From a virus, in the IMG/VR virus record IMGVR_UViG_3300005573_000995, positions 1-64,000 of that record: 64,000 nt of DNA. One strand, given 5' to 3'. Position numbers and translations under genes: made by a program. The first letter of the stretch is position 1; the number at the start of each line of letters is the position of its first letter. The notes under the pieces are model-generated. The model ran no database searches, was not told where the DNA came from, and was given only the letters and a program-made list of their open reading frames with translations. Shown here piece by piece: positions 1-9,500 of this stretch.

Positions 1-853
1 ATTTGGTGAATATTTCTTGTAAATCATCTACAAGTTTTGAAGATTTGCTACAAGCGTAAATATACTTGTGATTTTTCCCTCCATCGCCCTTAAGATATGC
101 ATCTAAGAATTCTTTAAGAATTTCTGGTGGAGCCATCTTGATTTCTTTGGGAATAAATTTGTCTCCAGCATGTCCAAATTGACTAACATAAGTGTATAGT
201 TGCTTGGAGTTCACAGCAACAGCATAACCCGCTCCGCCCTTACAGATAAAAGCATTGAAACCCATATCTTCTAAAAGTTTATGAATCTCTTTAATATAAT
301 CCAGATTACAGTTTCTAATGCTTACTATATATTCTCCATTAGGATTAATTGCATAGGAGCCTTCAGAAATATACCAACCCAAGAAGCGCACCCATATACG
401 GGCATCAAAAGGCGTTTTAATATTCCAGTCTTTACCTTTAATATATTTAACTTCGGGAAGAGCGAAACTCTCTAAGGTCATGCAATTCCATTGACAGAAA
501 CTGGTCATAGTATATGATGTTGATGGATTATTTTCCATCCTTTTATAAGCATCTTCTGCCATTACAAAAGAGAACTTTTGATACTTTTCAAGATGTTTAA
601 TGGGCTTCGGTAAGCCCGACCTGAAGGTTGGTTTTGCATAAAGTCGATGATTGGGAGTAGTCATTAAGTCTAAGAATTTAGATTTAAAATGTAGTAATTC
701 TCCATCATACCAAAATTTGTGAAGAGCTATAGGTCTTTGATATTCCATCTCGTCATTTTTAGTGTTAAGAGTGGCTAGTTTGTCTTCCTCTGTTACATCT
801 GGCCATCGTTTCCAACCATTTTCAGTCAAAACTTCTGTTTCTTCGTCTAGACA
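1..853 (-). mobile_element. Intein with LAGLIDADG endonuclease in protease (partial)
   Basis: CLDEETEVLTENGWK (block A), TTPNH (block B), LGWYISEG and FLDAYLKGDG. Confidence 0.9.
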
Positions 854-1243
854 ATTCCCAAGCACGTGATTATTCGACAGAACACATACCTTTCCATCGG
901 TCTTGTCTCTAACTATGGCTCCTATCGTTCCGGCAGTTATGAGGTAATGACCTACGCTTATTCCGGGAAATATTGGTCTGTACCTCTTCGTTGGGTCTTG
1001 AAAATTTGAGGAAAGTGCTTTAACTTCTCCTAATTCCACAACATCTACAGGAATTCCATTAATTTCGTCTGGAAGGATGTCTTGAGGAGATAATTGTGAT
1101 TTGGGAAGCTTTTTAGAAACATAGACTCTATAAGCCTTTCTTTGAACTTCTACTCCTCCGACTATCTCGTTCTTAAGCGTCTCACTATAACCAATGACGT
1201 TCTTATAGCGATTCATTAAGAGCTTCTTGAGGTCTTCCACCAC
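1..1243 (-). CDS. Nal1-like trypsin (S1) serine protease with intein, truncated by window edge
   Basis: Not in ORF track; translated by hand from GTG 1243: ..RVYVSKKLPKSQLSPQDILPDEINGIPVDVVE..RPIFPGISVGH..TAGTIGA..VLSNNHVLGN, then an intein. Confidence 0.8.
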   Translation of the reverse strand, partial: MVEDLKKLLMNRYKNVIGYSETLKNEIVGGVEVQRKAYRVYVSKKLPKSQLSPQDILPDEINGIPVDVVELGEVKALSSNFQDPTKRYRPIFPGISVGHYLITAGTIGAIVRDKTDGKVCVLSNNHVLGNCLDEETEVLTENGWKRWPDVTEEDKLATLNTKNDEMEYQRPIALHKFWYDGELLHFKSKFLDLMTTPNHRLYAKPTFRSGLPKPIKHLEKYQKFSFVMAEDAYKRMENNPSTSYTMTSFCQWNCMTLESFALPEVKYIKGKDWNIKTPFDARIWVRFLGWYISEGSYAINPNGEYIVSIRNCNLDYIKEIHKLLEDMGFNAFICKGGAGYAVAVNSKQLYTYVSQFGHAGDKFIPKEIKMAPPEILKEFLDAYLKGDGGKNHKYIYACSKSSKLVDDLQEIFTK

Positions 1244-1287
1244 TTGTCAGCCCCTTCTGTCCATCTTATCTCCTACTATTTTAAGTT

Positions 1288-1995
1288 TTACCCCCGATGG
1301 GTTTTTGTATGTATAAATCTTTCATTAGCCTTTTCTAACTTATAGATATTTCCAATATCTACCCAAGGAGTATGTTCGACATATACTCCAATTTGCTTTC
1401 CATCTTCAAGCATTTTAGGAAGCCAATCTTTTGATATGTCATCACCGTCTTTTACATATTTATATGCAGAAGGACTAAATAAGTCTGGACCTGTATGAAC
1501 TATGCCATTATAGATTGGTTTTTCTTTAAATCCACCAACTTGCCCTAGTTCCTTTAAATAAATAATGCCAACATCAAACTGATATTGGTCTATTCCCGCA
1601 ACTGTCGCTATATTATAGCTCTTATGCTCATCCATAAGACGATAAAGATTAATGTCAGTTAAGTCGTCTCCATTTGCAATCAAAACATATTCATTCTCTA
1701 AATGTAATTTCTTTATCGCTCTTACCGCATCACCAGCAGTCCCATGCTTCTTTCTTTCAACAACATACTTAACCTTTTTTAAATCTCGAAATTCATGCCT
1801 ATAAAGTTGGACGAGATGTGGTCCTGCAATTAAGATGACAGGAATTAAGCCAAAAGATATATGTCGTTCAACTATTCGTCTTATGCAAGGAACTCCTCCA
1901 ACAGGCATGAGAGGCTTGGGTATAACGTCAGAATACGGCTTAAGCCTTGTTCCTTCTCCTCCAGCTAGTATTAGCGAATATTTAACTTCGACCAT
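1288..1995 (-). CDS. Sugar-phosphate nucleotidyltransferase
   Basis: ILAGGEGTRLKP..PKPL, GTAG, NGD, FKEKP, WVDIG motifs. Confidence 0.9.
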   Translation of the reverse strand: MVEVKYSLILAGGEGTRLKPYSDVIPKPLMPVGGVPCIRRIVERHISFGLIPVILIAGPHLVQLYRHEFRDLKKVKYVVERKKHGTAGDAVRAIKKLHLENEYVLIANGDDLTDINLYRLMDEHKSYNIATVAGIDQYQFDVGIIYLKELGQVGGFKEKPIYNGIVHTGPDLFSPSAYKYVKDGDDISKDWLPKMLEDGKQIGVYVEHTPWVDIGNIYKLEKANERFIHTKTHRG

Positions 1996-2212
1996 CTTGT
2001 TTCTCCCTCGGCTGTCTATTTCGTATTAGTAAGTCGTGCATAAGCTCCCAGAATATTGACTGAAAAGTGCTTTTACGAAATTCAGAATTGGGAGCTTCTT
2101 TACATAGTTCATTAGTCATCTCAAGTGCGAAGTAAAAAGCTTCTCTAACAGGTTCTTTCAAATCTGTAAGAAGTTCTTTATAGCCTATTGTCATCTTTTT
2201 CAAAGAAAACAT
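1982..2212 (-). CDS. Hypothetical protein
   Basis: ORF overlapping neighbours in the operon. Confidence 0.55.
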   Translation of the reverse strand: MFSLKKMTIGYKELLTDLKEPVREAFYFALEMTNELCKEAPNSEFRKSTFQSIFWELMHDLLIRNRQPREKQDGRS

Positions 2213-2228
2213 ATATATAGACTTCTAT

Positions 2229-2855
2229 TTAAACGTTTATTCTTTTTTCTTCACCAAAGATAATGCCAATTATTAGTGCATCTGCTCCATGAAAATAAGG
2301 ACCTTGCAAAGTATAGTTTTTGATATCGTTCCATGTCGTCTCCGTCCAATCATCTGTCTCTTTATTTCTTTTCAAACAATACATCTCATCAAACCTAAGT
2401 CTGTCATCAGAAATAACTTCGTCTACATAAGGATTTTGCCCCTTAGGAAGTGTTATCCAAATCTTCCCATCTTTTTGGAGATGTCTTTTTAAATTCTCAA
2501 TAGCTTTCAGTATTTTATATGGCTCAAACTCTTCTTGAGGGTCAGTAATTGGGTTTCCAATATGCTCTAAGGTTGAGATTGAGATAATTAAAGCAAATTT
2601 TCTATTCAAATGAAAAGTTGTAACATCTTCATTTATTACTCCATCTCCATGCTCATATTTATCTATGACAGTATGAAATAAAGGAATATAATGTTTTAAG
2701 GTGTTTCCTATTTCAAGTATTTCATTCTCGTTATACTCATTTGTAACTTCTATTGCTAGGGGTAACTCTACTTTTCTCTCATTTGCCCACGTTGTATTAT
2801 AAGGGTGTATAAAATATTTATACTGTTTCCCTCGAAAGACAAAGTATTCTTTCAA
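2229..2855 (-). CDS. Putative class I SAM-dependent methyltransferase
   Basis: ILEIGN, ISISTLEHIG, L..DGKIWIT.P motifs. Confidence 0.65.
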   Translation of the reverse strand: MKEYFVFRGKQYKYFIHPYNTTWANERKVELPLAIEVTNEYNENEILEIGNTLKHYIPLFHTVIDKYEHGDGVINEDVTTFHLNRKFALIISISTLEHIGNPITDPQEEFEPYKILKAIENLKRHLQKDGKIWITLPKGQNPYVDEVISDDRLRFDEMYCLKRNKETDDWTETTWNDIKNYTLQGPYFHGADALIIGIIFGEEKRINV

Positions 2856-4096
2856 CTGCCCCCCTCCGCTCCAATTATCTTAACTTCTGGAACAGGTATA
2901 ATGAATTTTCCTCCACCAAGAAGATAGTCTCTTTCGCGCTTAAGGAACTCTGGAAGGAAGGCCCAAGGTAAAATTAAGAGATAATCTGGTTTGTCTTTTC
3001 TCATTTCCTCCTCCGAAATTATTGGAATAGCAGATTTAACGGTATATTTACCCCACTTTCTTGGATTTCTATCTGCAATCTTCTTGATTTCATTTGAAGT
3101 AAACCTGCAATATTGTAGCGTGGTATTCCCTTTAGTAGAAGCACCATAACCATAGATTATATAACCATCTCCAACCAAGCTCTTTATTAGGTCTTGCAGA
3201 TTTTCCCTTAGTCCTTCAACTCTCTGGGCAAATTCTTTATATATCTCTAAGCTCTTATATCCATTCCTTTCCTCTTCCTCTAGAGTCTTAGCAATTGAAG
3301 TAGAAATCTGATATTTGCTGTTTTTATGACTAATCCAGATTCTAAAGCTTCCTCCATTTACATCATTAAATTCGACGTCAAAAGCCTTAAGGTCATTTCT
3401 TTCTAAGAGAGGCAAAAGAGACGTTAGAGTGTAATATTCTAAATGTTCGTGGCAAATATTATCGAAGGCGAGCTGTTCAAACATCGTTGGGGTATAGCTC
3501 ATTTGTATGACAAATACTCCGTCTGGAGATAAGGATTTCTTTACATCTTGCAGAAAGACATTTGGCTCATCTAAATCATAGAACATCGCTATTGCAGTAA
3601 TTGCCTTTGCCTTCTTATCTTTCAGCCAGTATTGGACAGCAGGATAATTGAAATAGTTGTTCACAATAACTCCTTCATTTTCGCTTAGCTGTGCTTCAAG
3701 AGCTATGTTACTTGGCTCAAATCCTATTTTCTTTATGCCTTTGACTGAATAGGACTTTAATAGAGTAGAGTCATTAGAGCCAATATCTATAACATAATCC
3801 CCTCTAGTAAGCCCAAATCTATCTTCTATCGCTTTGGTAATATCCCTTAATGCATCTCTCATTGTTTGATTTACACCACTGTAATACCAGTATTTGCGAT
3901 ATAGGTCGTCCCTTGGAGCAGTATGTTTCAATTGGAGTAAATAACAATCTTGACATAGCACAAGTTCCAAAGGAACTAAGGGTCTTGACGCGTTTGGATT
4001 ATCAACAAAATCTGAAAGAGCTTGTTCTCCTAGGCTTAGGATTGGATGTAATCTGGTCGATTTACAACTCCGGCACTCTGTTATTTCCTTTACCAA
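2852..4096 (-). CDS. NDP-hexose C3-methyltransferase (TylCIII/EryBIII/NovU-like)
   Basis: CRSC..LC..C zinc domain, DIGSND, HEHLEYY, NGGSFR, GYGASTKGNT, LPWAF. Confidence 0.9.
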   Translation of the reverse strand: MVKEITECRSCKSTRLHPILSLGEQALSDFVDNPNASRPLVPLELVLCQDCYLLQLKHTAPRDDLYRKYWYYSGVNQTMRDALRDITKAIEDRFGLTRGDYVIDIGSNDSTLLKSYSVKGIKKIGFEPSNIALEAQLSENEGVIVNNYFNYPAVQYWLKDKKAKAITAIAMFYDLDEPNVFLQDVKKSLSPDGVFVIQMSYTPTMFEQLAFDNICHEHLEYYTLTSLLPLLERNDLKAFDVEFNDVNGGSFRIWISHKNSKYQISTSIAKTLEEEERNGYKSLEIYKEFAQRVEGLRENLQDLIKSLVGDGYIIYGYGASTKGNTTLQYCRFTSNEIKKIADRNPRKWGKYTVKSAIPIISEEEMRKDKPDYLLILPWAFLPEFLKRERDYLLGGGKFIIPVPEVKIIGAEGGS

Positions 4097-5187
4097 TGTT
4101 CTCCCTCCTTAACTCTTTTAATTAATTTATTAGCTTTTTCTATAATATTCTTAGCATCAAAATATTCTCCCATTTTTCTACATGTTTGTCTATCTATTAG
4201 CGATATATTTCTAATTGCATCTATAACTTCATTTGCATTTTTAATCAAATATCCGCACTTTTTATGAATCACTATTTCTGGTGTAGCTCCCATAGGAGTC
4301 GCTATAACAGGAGTGCCACTTAATAGAGCTTCTACATTCGTTAAGCCAAACGCATTCAGATATGGCGTTCCAAGAAATTCCCCATTTAAAAATGCTTTGG
4401 CTTCTCTAAAAAGCTTTTTCTTTTGCTCTTCTGTCGGATTCTCAATCAATTCAACATTGGGTAGATTATCCGCAATTGGCTTTATTTGCCTAAAGTATTG
4501 GGAATGGTCAAGTGCTTTTGTCGAGCCTGCAAGAACAAATCTTTGTTCTGGCATTTCTCTAGCTATTTCTAAGATACTACGTTGTCCCTTATCTGGATGA
4601 AAACGAGCTATATTTACTATATAACTATCTGTAAACTTATCGTTATAAGGATATTCCTCAGGAAAGAAGGCTGGATACAAATATTCACATTTCTTTATGG
4701 GGCTAGGGTTCATAATATAGGTTCCAGCATACAAGCCACTTCCCAATAGAGCTTGTATTGAATGAAATTTTGACATAGCTAAACAGTTTCTATAAATTTT
4801 CGGACCAACCCAAGACACTCCATTTACAAAGTAAATTATTGCGTTTTTGTCTGCCCGATTCTCGAAAACCCACTGTGATGCTTGCTTGTAATCGCTTGCA
4901 TCTATGACTACATCAGCACTTTTAAGGGCTTCAATAACGTCTTTGTTCTCATAGATGCGCCTTCTTTCATTTTCTAAAGAATAGCCAGAATATATACTGA
5001 GTGGAATTAATTGCCCGTTTGGAGGTGTCTTGCTCCCTTCTACAGCTACTAAAATTACTTCATGCTCTTGTGCAAGTGTTCTGACTAGATTCCAATTGAG
5101 TAGTTCGCTTCCACCGTAGCCTAGAGGAGGGGTGGCTATATTTGTGAGCATGCTAACATAAGTAATTCTCATTAATAGGCCTCCCAA
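4090..5187 (-). CDS. Glycosyltransferase family 4 (GT-B)
   Basis: PP.GYGGSE, RFHPDKG, FGLTNVEALLSGTPVI. Confidence 0.85.
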   Translation of the reverse strand: MGGLLMRITYVSMLTNIATPPLGYGGSELLNWNLVRTLAQEHEVILVAVEGSKTPPNGQLIPLSIYSGYSLENERRRIYENKDVIEALKSADVVIDASDYKQASQWVFENRADKNAIIYFVNGVSWVGPKIYRNCLAMSKFHSIQALLGSGLYAGTYIMNPSPIKKCEYLYPAFFPEEYPYNDKFTDSYIVNIARFHPDKGQRSILEIAREMPEQRFVLAGSTKALDHSQYFRQIKPIADNLPNVELIENPTEEQKKKLFREAKAFLNGEFLGTPYLNAFGLTNVEALLSGTPVIATPMGATPEIVIHKKCGYLIKNANEVIDAIRNISLIDRQTCRKMGEYFDAKNIIEKANKLIKRVKEGEHW

Positions 5188-6053
5188 ATATTTTTATTTG
5201 CATCTAGCCGTTTCCAAATATTTTCATTCTCTTCTATCTTCTTTAGAGTCTCTTTGATGGCTACATCAATTGGTGTGAAAGCAAAATTAGGAACCCATTT
5301 GTCTAAGCTCCTTCGGCTACCCCATAGTTTAGGAATGTCCCAATTTCCTCTATCTGTCGGTTCTACAATCACATTTGGTGTAATTATTTTTGCTATATCC
5401 TCAAGCTTATAAGTCTTTTCTTGACAAATTTGTACCAATCCTGTGGCGTCCTTAAGAAGCAACTGCTCAAGAATTGTTGCAGTATCATTAACATATATGA
5501 ACTCCCGTTCTGACGTTCCTTTCAGAACTATCTTCCCATTTTTTAAATACTGGCGAATTATCGAAGGAATTAAGAAGTGTCTTGATTGCGTAGGTCCAAA
5601 GTTGTTAAAAGGTCTTACAATTAGAGCTTTGAAGCCATACCTTTTCTGGTAAGCATCTACCAATTTTTCTGACGCAAGCTTGCTGCAAGCATAGGGGTCA
5701 AGAGGGCATGGCTCTTGGTCTATTTCAATTGGGAATTTTGTTTGCCATCCATAGACGTGGGAAGTAGAAATGTAGATGAATTTCTTAAACATGGTGTGTG
5801 CTTTGAGGAAATTTAGAGTTCCAAAGGTATTAGTCTCAAAGTAAGCATGGGGAGTATCCCATGAGGGAGGTAAATAGGTTAATGCTGCGAAATGAATTAC
5901 TGTATCAATATCTCTTAAGTTTCTTATAATGTCGCTCTCTTTTCTTATGTCCCCAACAAATGGCTTAACGTCATATCCCTTTTCTTTCAAATATTTGTAA
6001 ACTACTCCACCGATAAAGCCAGTTGTCCCCGTTATTAGTATCTTCTCTACCAT
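5172..6053 (-). CDS. NAD-dependent NDP-sugar epimerase/dehydratase
   Basis: GTTGFIG, STSHVYG, YACSK, RPFNNFGP. Confidence 0.9.
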   Translation of the reverse strand: MVEKILITGTTGFIGGVVYKYLKEKGYDVKPFVGDIRKESDIIRNLRDIDTVIHFAALTYLPPSWDTPHAYFETNTFGTLNFLKAHTMFKKFIYISTSHVYGWQTKFPIEIDQEPCPLDPYACSKLASEKLVDAYQKRYGFKALIVRPFNNFGPTQSRHFLIPSIIRQYLKNGKIVLKGTSEREFIYVNDTATILEQLLLKDATGLVQICQEKTYKLEDIAKIITPNVIVEPTDRGNWDIPKLWGSRRSLDKWVPNFAFTPIDVAIKETLKKIEENENIWKRLDANKNIWEAY

Positions 6054-7153
6054 TCTTTCCCACCTATTACCTCATCTAATAGTTGAACGAATTTATGGAC
6101 ACTTGTTCCCAACTTGAATTTAAGGGCTTTCTCATGACATCTATTCCGGTCTACCTCAAAACTATCAAAGTTCTCAATAAAATGAACGAAATGAGCCTTA
6201 CTTGGTGCTAAAAAGCCATCTTTTGTGTGTTCGATAACTTCGCGTGGGAAACCATAAGGAGGAACAAATACAGGCACCCCATGAGCTAATGCTTCAATTA
6301 ATGTAATACTAAAGGGTTCGAGATAACCAGTCTCTAGTCCAAGAGGCAAAATAAGTCCTTTTGCGTGAGACATTAAGTCTTGCTTCGCCTTTTCGTTTTC
6401 AGAAGGATAAGTATCAGCATTGGGTAAGGAGACATATTCGATTAAGCTGTTGCTTGCAGTACGTTCTTTACAATGGTCTAAATATCCTTGTATATTGGAG
6501 CTTGGGAGGATACCAGCAACTTTTAATTTAATCCTATTCTCTAGAGCTATATCAATCGCTGTCAGTAAGCCTCTATTTGGATGAATTCTGCCAAACCAGA
6601 GGAAATAGTCTTCTGGGTCTTTGACAAAGGGTAGTGCTTCAACATCAACTTCGGGATAGACAAACTCAGCTTCATTTATGTTTAAGCGATAAGTGTTTGA
6701 AGTAGCGGGAGGAAAGAGTGGTCCATCATATCCAGCCGAGTTATAGAGAGCTAGAAGTCTTTGAGTTTTACTTACTGCGACAAAGTTATAGGGTGGACGT
6801 GGATATAGCCAGATGTTTCCATTAGTAAACCAGCTAACACACTTCTTTTTATTCTTATAAGCCCATTCGGCTACTGTCTTGTATTCGCTACAGTCGATAA
6901 TAACGTCCGCATTTAATAGCTTCTGTTTTATAGAAGGACTTTCTAGAAAGTTTTCTCTCTCAACTCTAGTAGTTAAGTTCCCCGTGCTAACAGATTCTCC
7001 TCCTTGGAGCGCTTGGGCAGAGCCAGCGATAAGAATTACGTTATGCCCGAGATTTACTAGACTTCTTGCCAAATTCCAATTCATTTTCTCTCCTTTGCCA
7101 TACGTTAGAGGAGGGGTTCTTGTTGATAACTGAGAAACGATAATAACGTTCAT
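6047..7153 (-). CDS. Glycosyltransferase family 4
   Basis: PP..YGKGE, GRIHPNRG, EPFSITLIEALAHGVPV. Confidence 0.85.
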   Translation of the reverse strand: MNVIIVSQLSTRTPPLTYGKGEKMNWNLARSLVNLGHNVILIAGSAQALQGGESVSTGNLTTRVERENFLESPSIKQKLLNADVIIDCSEYKTVAEWAYKNKKKCVSWFTNGNIWLYPRPPYNFVAVSKTQRLLALYNSAGYDGPLFPPATSNTYRLNINEAEFVYPEVDVEALPFVKDPEDYFLWFGRIHPNRGLLTAIDIALENRIKLKVAGILPSSNIQGYLDHCKERTASNSLIEYVSLPNADTYPSENEKAKQDLMSHAKGLILPLGLETGYLEPFSITLIEALAHGVPVFVPPYGFPREVIEHTKDGFLAPSKAHFVHFIENFDSFEVDRNRCHEKALKFKLGTSVHKFVQLLDEVIGGKEW

Positions 7154-9267
7154 TTCTTCTCTTCCTCTCTTTGTAATTTAGGAATCCCACCCATTACTTG
7201 ACTCTTTGCTATCTCATCCCTTTGGAACTGCCCAAAGTCTCTAAGAGAATAGATATACGTTCCAATATGCCCACATTGAACTGAAGTATCTACAAGAATT
7301 TTATAGCCTGCATCCTGGATTTTCTCACAAAAGTAATAATCTTCACTATTATGTACTATAACGCCTTCTAAACAATATTGATTATTGGGTGCTATAGTCA
7401 AATCGTATACCCATCCCTCATAGGGGCTTGTTGATATATCTTTCACCCTTACCCACATTGCTCCATCTTCAATAAAGGAACAATAGTCGGTAGTCCATTT
7501 GGGATGACTAATGTGGTCGTTGGGATAGTTAAACGTCTCTGCAAACTTATAATATTCAGAAGGTATGATGTCTACTCTATAGTAGAGTAAGCGCTTGTTT
7601 CTAACTGTCTCAAAGCTCTTTGGAGAAGTGTTTTTACTTATAAATTCTCCATAATTAGGCTTAAAGCCAAGCTTTAGAAGACATAGTGTTGTTTGTAAAG
7701 CAAGAATCTTAGATACAGTATGAAATGATGCTATACGTTTGTTATTTTGTAGAGTAGTGCATCCATCTCCATCCCACAAACCTCGTATAAAATGCTTTAA
7801 TTTGTTCGGAGGCAGTTCAATAATCCAATCTGGTATATGTTTGTTGTGAGCATTAGAGCCAAACCATGTTAGCAATAACTTGCGTAGTGGTTTGTTCGTA
7901 AACCGCACACCATAAGTGTTTGTCTTCTCTCTCTTTTCTATACGAGCCTTTACACCCCAAGTCTTTAATATTTTAATCACTTCTTGAGCGTAAGCTAATT
8001 CTTTATCGCTCATTCCAAATGAGAAGGTACTCCCTGCTGACCCTTCAGCCACATATAAGCCCAATAAATACAAAAGTTCATCGGTTATAGGCAATTGCTG
8101 AGGCAATCGAGATATAGCTCTAGGGATATAAGCTTTGGGCTGGTATTTTATTCTTCTCCGTACTTTATCGACTTGTTTATATGGTTTGTCATAATATTGA
8201 GTTCCGCAACGTGCGCATCTTAGAGGAGAAGCCTTATAGGGAAGCCACTTATATCCACAACGCTGACAAGTCGCCAATTTAGCATCATATAGATATCCGT
8301 CTATCTCACTAAGTTCGCTAACGTATTGTTTAACATCAATACTATTTCTGTCATTTATAACGTTTGGTATAGGTACTGCCAAATAATCTCCCTTATTGAC
8401 TTGTTCAGCTCTGACCCATTCAGCAACCGAACTGCGCTGGCGCTTTATTAAAATATGATGCTCTGGAGTAGTTCTTATATGTGTTCTAATTGTAGAGGTA
8501 CGTATGTCTATAATGTTGCCGGAATATTGCTTTCTAAATGTATCGATTACAGTACTTTTACCTCCAATAGTAAGCACTTTATCGCCTACTTTATATAATT
8601 CGATAGCTTTATTGTCGCCCAACACTATCTGCCCTGGCACTATACATTGCTTTGTAAATCTAAACCAAGGAGATTCTGTTTTTTGGAATACGTCTCTTCT
8701 GATTAGCGTGCATCCCATTCCTATCGCATCACACTCAATTACTTCATTATCTTTCCATGATATTGCAAATCTATAAGTGTCGGGAGCAATTCTTACATTT
8801 ATTAGTGGATAAAATGGAGGCATCTTCTGTACTATAAGTCCTGAAATAATAGGTTGATTCAGAGATAATAGTTGTTCAATAGCACGTGGGGGTAATAGAA
8901 CGTCAGTATCAAGAAATAGAAGATGGGTTGCATAGGGATAGTCTATTAAGAACTTCTCAACTATAGCATTTCTTGAATGGTCTATAGGTTTCTGCGTATC
9001 AACAATAACGCCCGCGATTATCGGAAGTGATGAAACTAAGCCTAGTGTTTGTAACATAAAGCGGATATCCACTTCTACATAGCTCGAGATTCCAATAACT
9101 ATTTTAGGCTTATAGTTTATTGGAGTCTTATCGTCAATAGGCTTATCTAAGTGTAAGAGAGGAGAATTTAAGTCCTCTTCTCCCATTAATGGAATTGACA
9201 AAACTCTATCTGAAGTCATTTCAAATCCTCTCTTATTTTCCCTTCTGTCTCTACCTTTTTCCAACAC
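7150..9267 (-). CDS. GT-A/GT2-like glycosyltransferase with intein (start probably near 9219)
   Basis: SRN, LFLDTD (DxD), GMGCTLIRRDVF..PWF|intein|SEDYYFC..GH. Confidence 0.85.
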   Translation of the reverse strand: MLEKGRDRRENKRGFEMTSDRVLSIPLMGEEDLNSPLLHLDKPIDDKTPINYKPKIVIGISSYVEVDIRFMLQTLGLVSSLPIIAGVIVDTQKPIDHSRNAIVEKFLIDYPYATHLLFLDTDVLLPPRAIEQLLSLNQPIISGLIVQKMPPFYPLINVRIAPDTYRFAISWKDNEVIECDAIGMGCTLIRRDVFQKTESPWFRFTKQCIVPGQIVLGDNKAIELYKVGDKVLTIGGKSTVIDTFRKQYSGNIIDIRTSTIRTHIRTTPEHHILIKRQRSSVAEWVRAEQVNKGDYLAVPIPNVINDRNSIDVKQYVSELSEIDGYLYDAKLATCQRCGYKWLPYKASPLRCARCGTQYYDKPYKQVDKVRRRIKYQPKAYIPRAISRLPQQLPITDELLYLLGLYVAEGSAGSTFSFGMSDKELAYAQEVIKILKTWGVKARIEKREKTNTYGVRFTNKPLRKLLLTWFGSNAHNKHIPDWIIELPPNKLKHFIRGLWDGDGCTTLQNNKRIASFHTVSKILALQTTLCLLKLGFKPNYGEFISKNTSPKSFETVRNKRLLYYRVDIIPSEYYKFAETFNYPNDHISHPKWTTDYCSFIEDGAMWVRVKDISTSPYEGWVYDLTIAPNNQYCLEGVIVHNSEDYYFCEKIQDAGYKILVDTSVQCGHIGTYIYSLRDFGQFQRDEIAKSQVMGGIPKLQREEEKK
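7348..8646 (-). mobile_element. Intein (433 aa) with LAGLIDADG endonuclease and zinc-ribbon insert
   Basis: CIVPGQ..TTPEH..LGLYVAEG..FIRGLWDGDG..VYDLTI..VHN|S. Confidence 0.92.
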
Positions 9268-9500
9268 TTTTTGCAGATACGAGCAAAGAATATTGGAGGG
9301 ACTTTATAGTGAAAGCGATAGTAGTCGATTATTGCTTGCTGGTTCTCAACCGGTATTTCATAAATGTCCCAAATATTTGGTTCGTCCTTATGGTCTTTGT
9401 GAAAAGGTGAGACTAAATCATAACTTGAGTTCTTGAGCCATTTCTTTATAAGCTCCTGTGCATCTGCCGGTTTCTCTTCTTTCTTTTCTTCTGTCACCAA
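9216..9500 (-). CDS. Hypothetical protein (CxxC)
   Basis: ORF coupled to flanking genes. Confidence 0.6.
   Translation of the reverse strand: MVTEEKKEEKPADAQELIKKWLKNSSYDLVSPFHKDHKDEPNIWDIYEIPVENQQAIIDYYRFHYKVPPIFFARICKKCWKKVETEGKIREDLK

Noticed and set aside
1244-1264. In-frame ATG..TGA upstream of the protease suggesting readthrough or recoding
   Set aside because: The GTG at 1243 has its own RBS, and TGA is used as a normal stop elsewhere in the window
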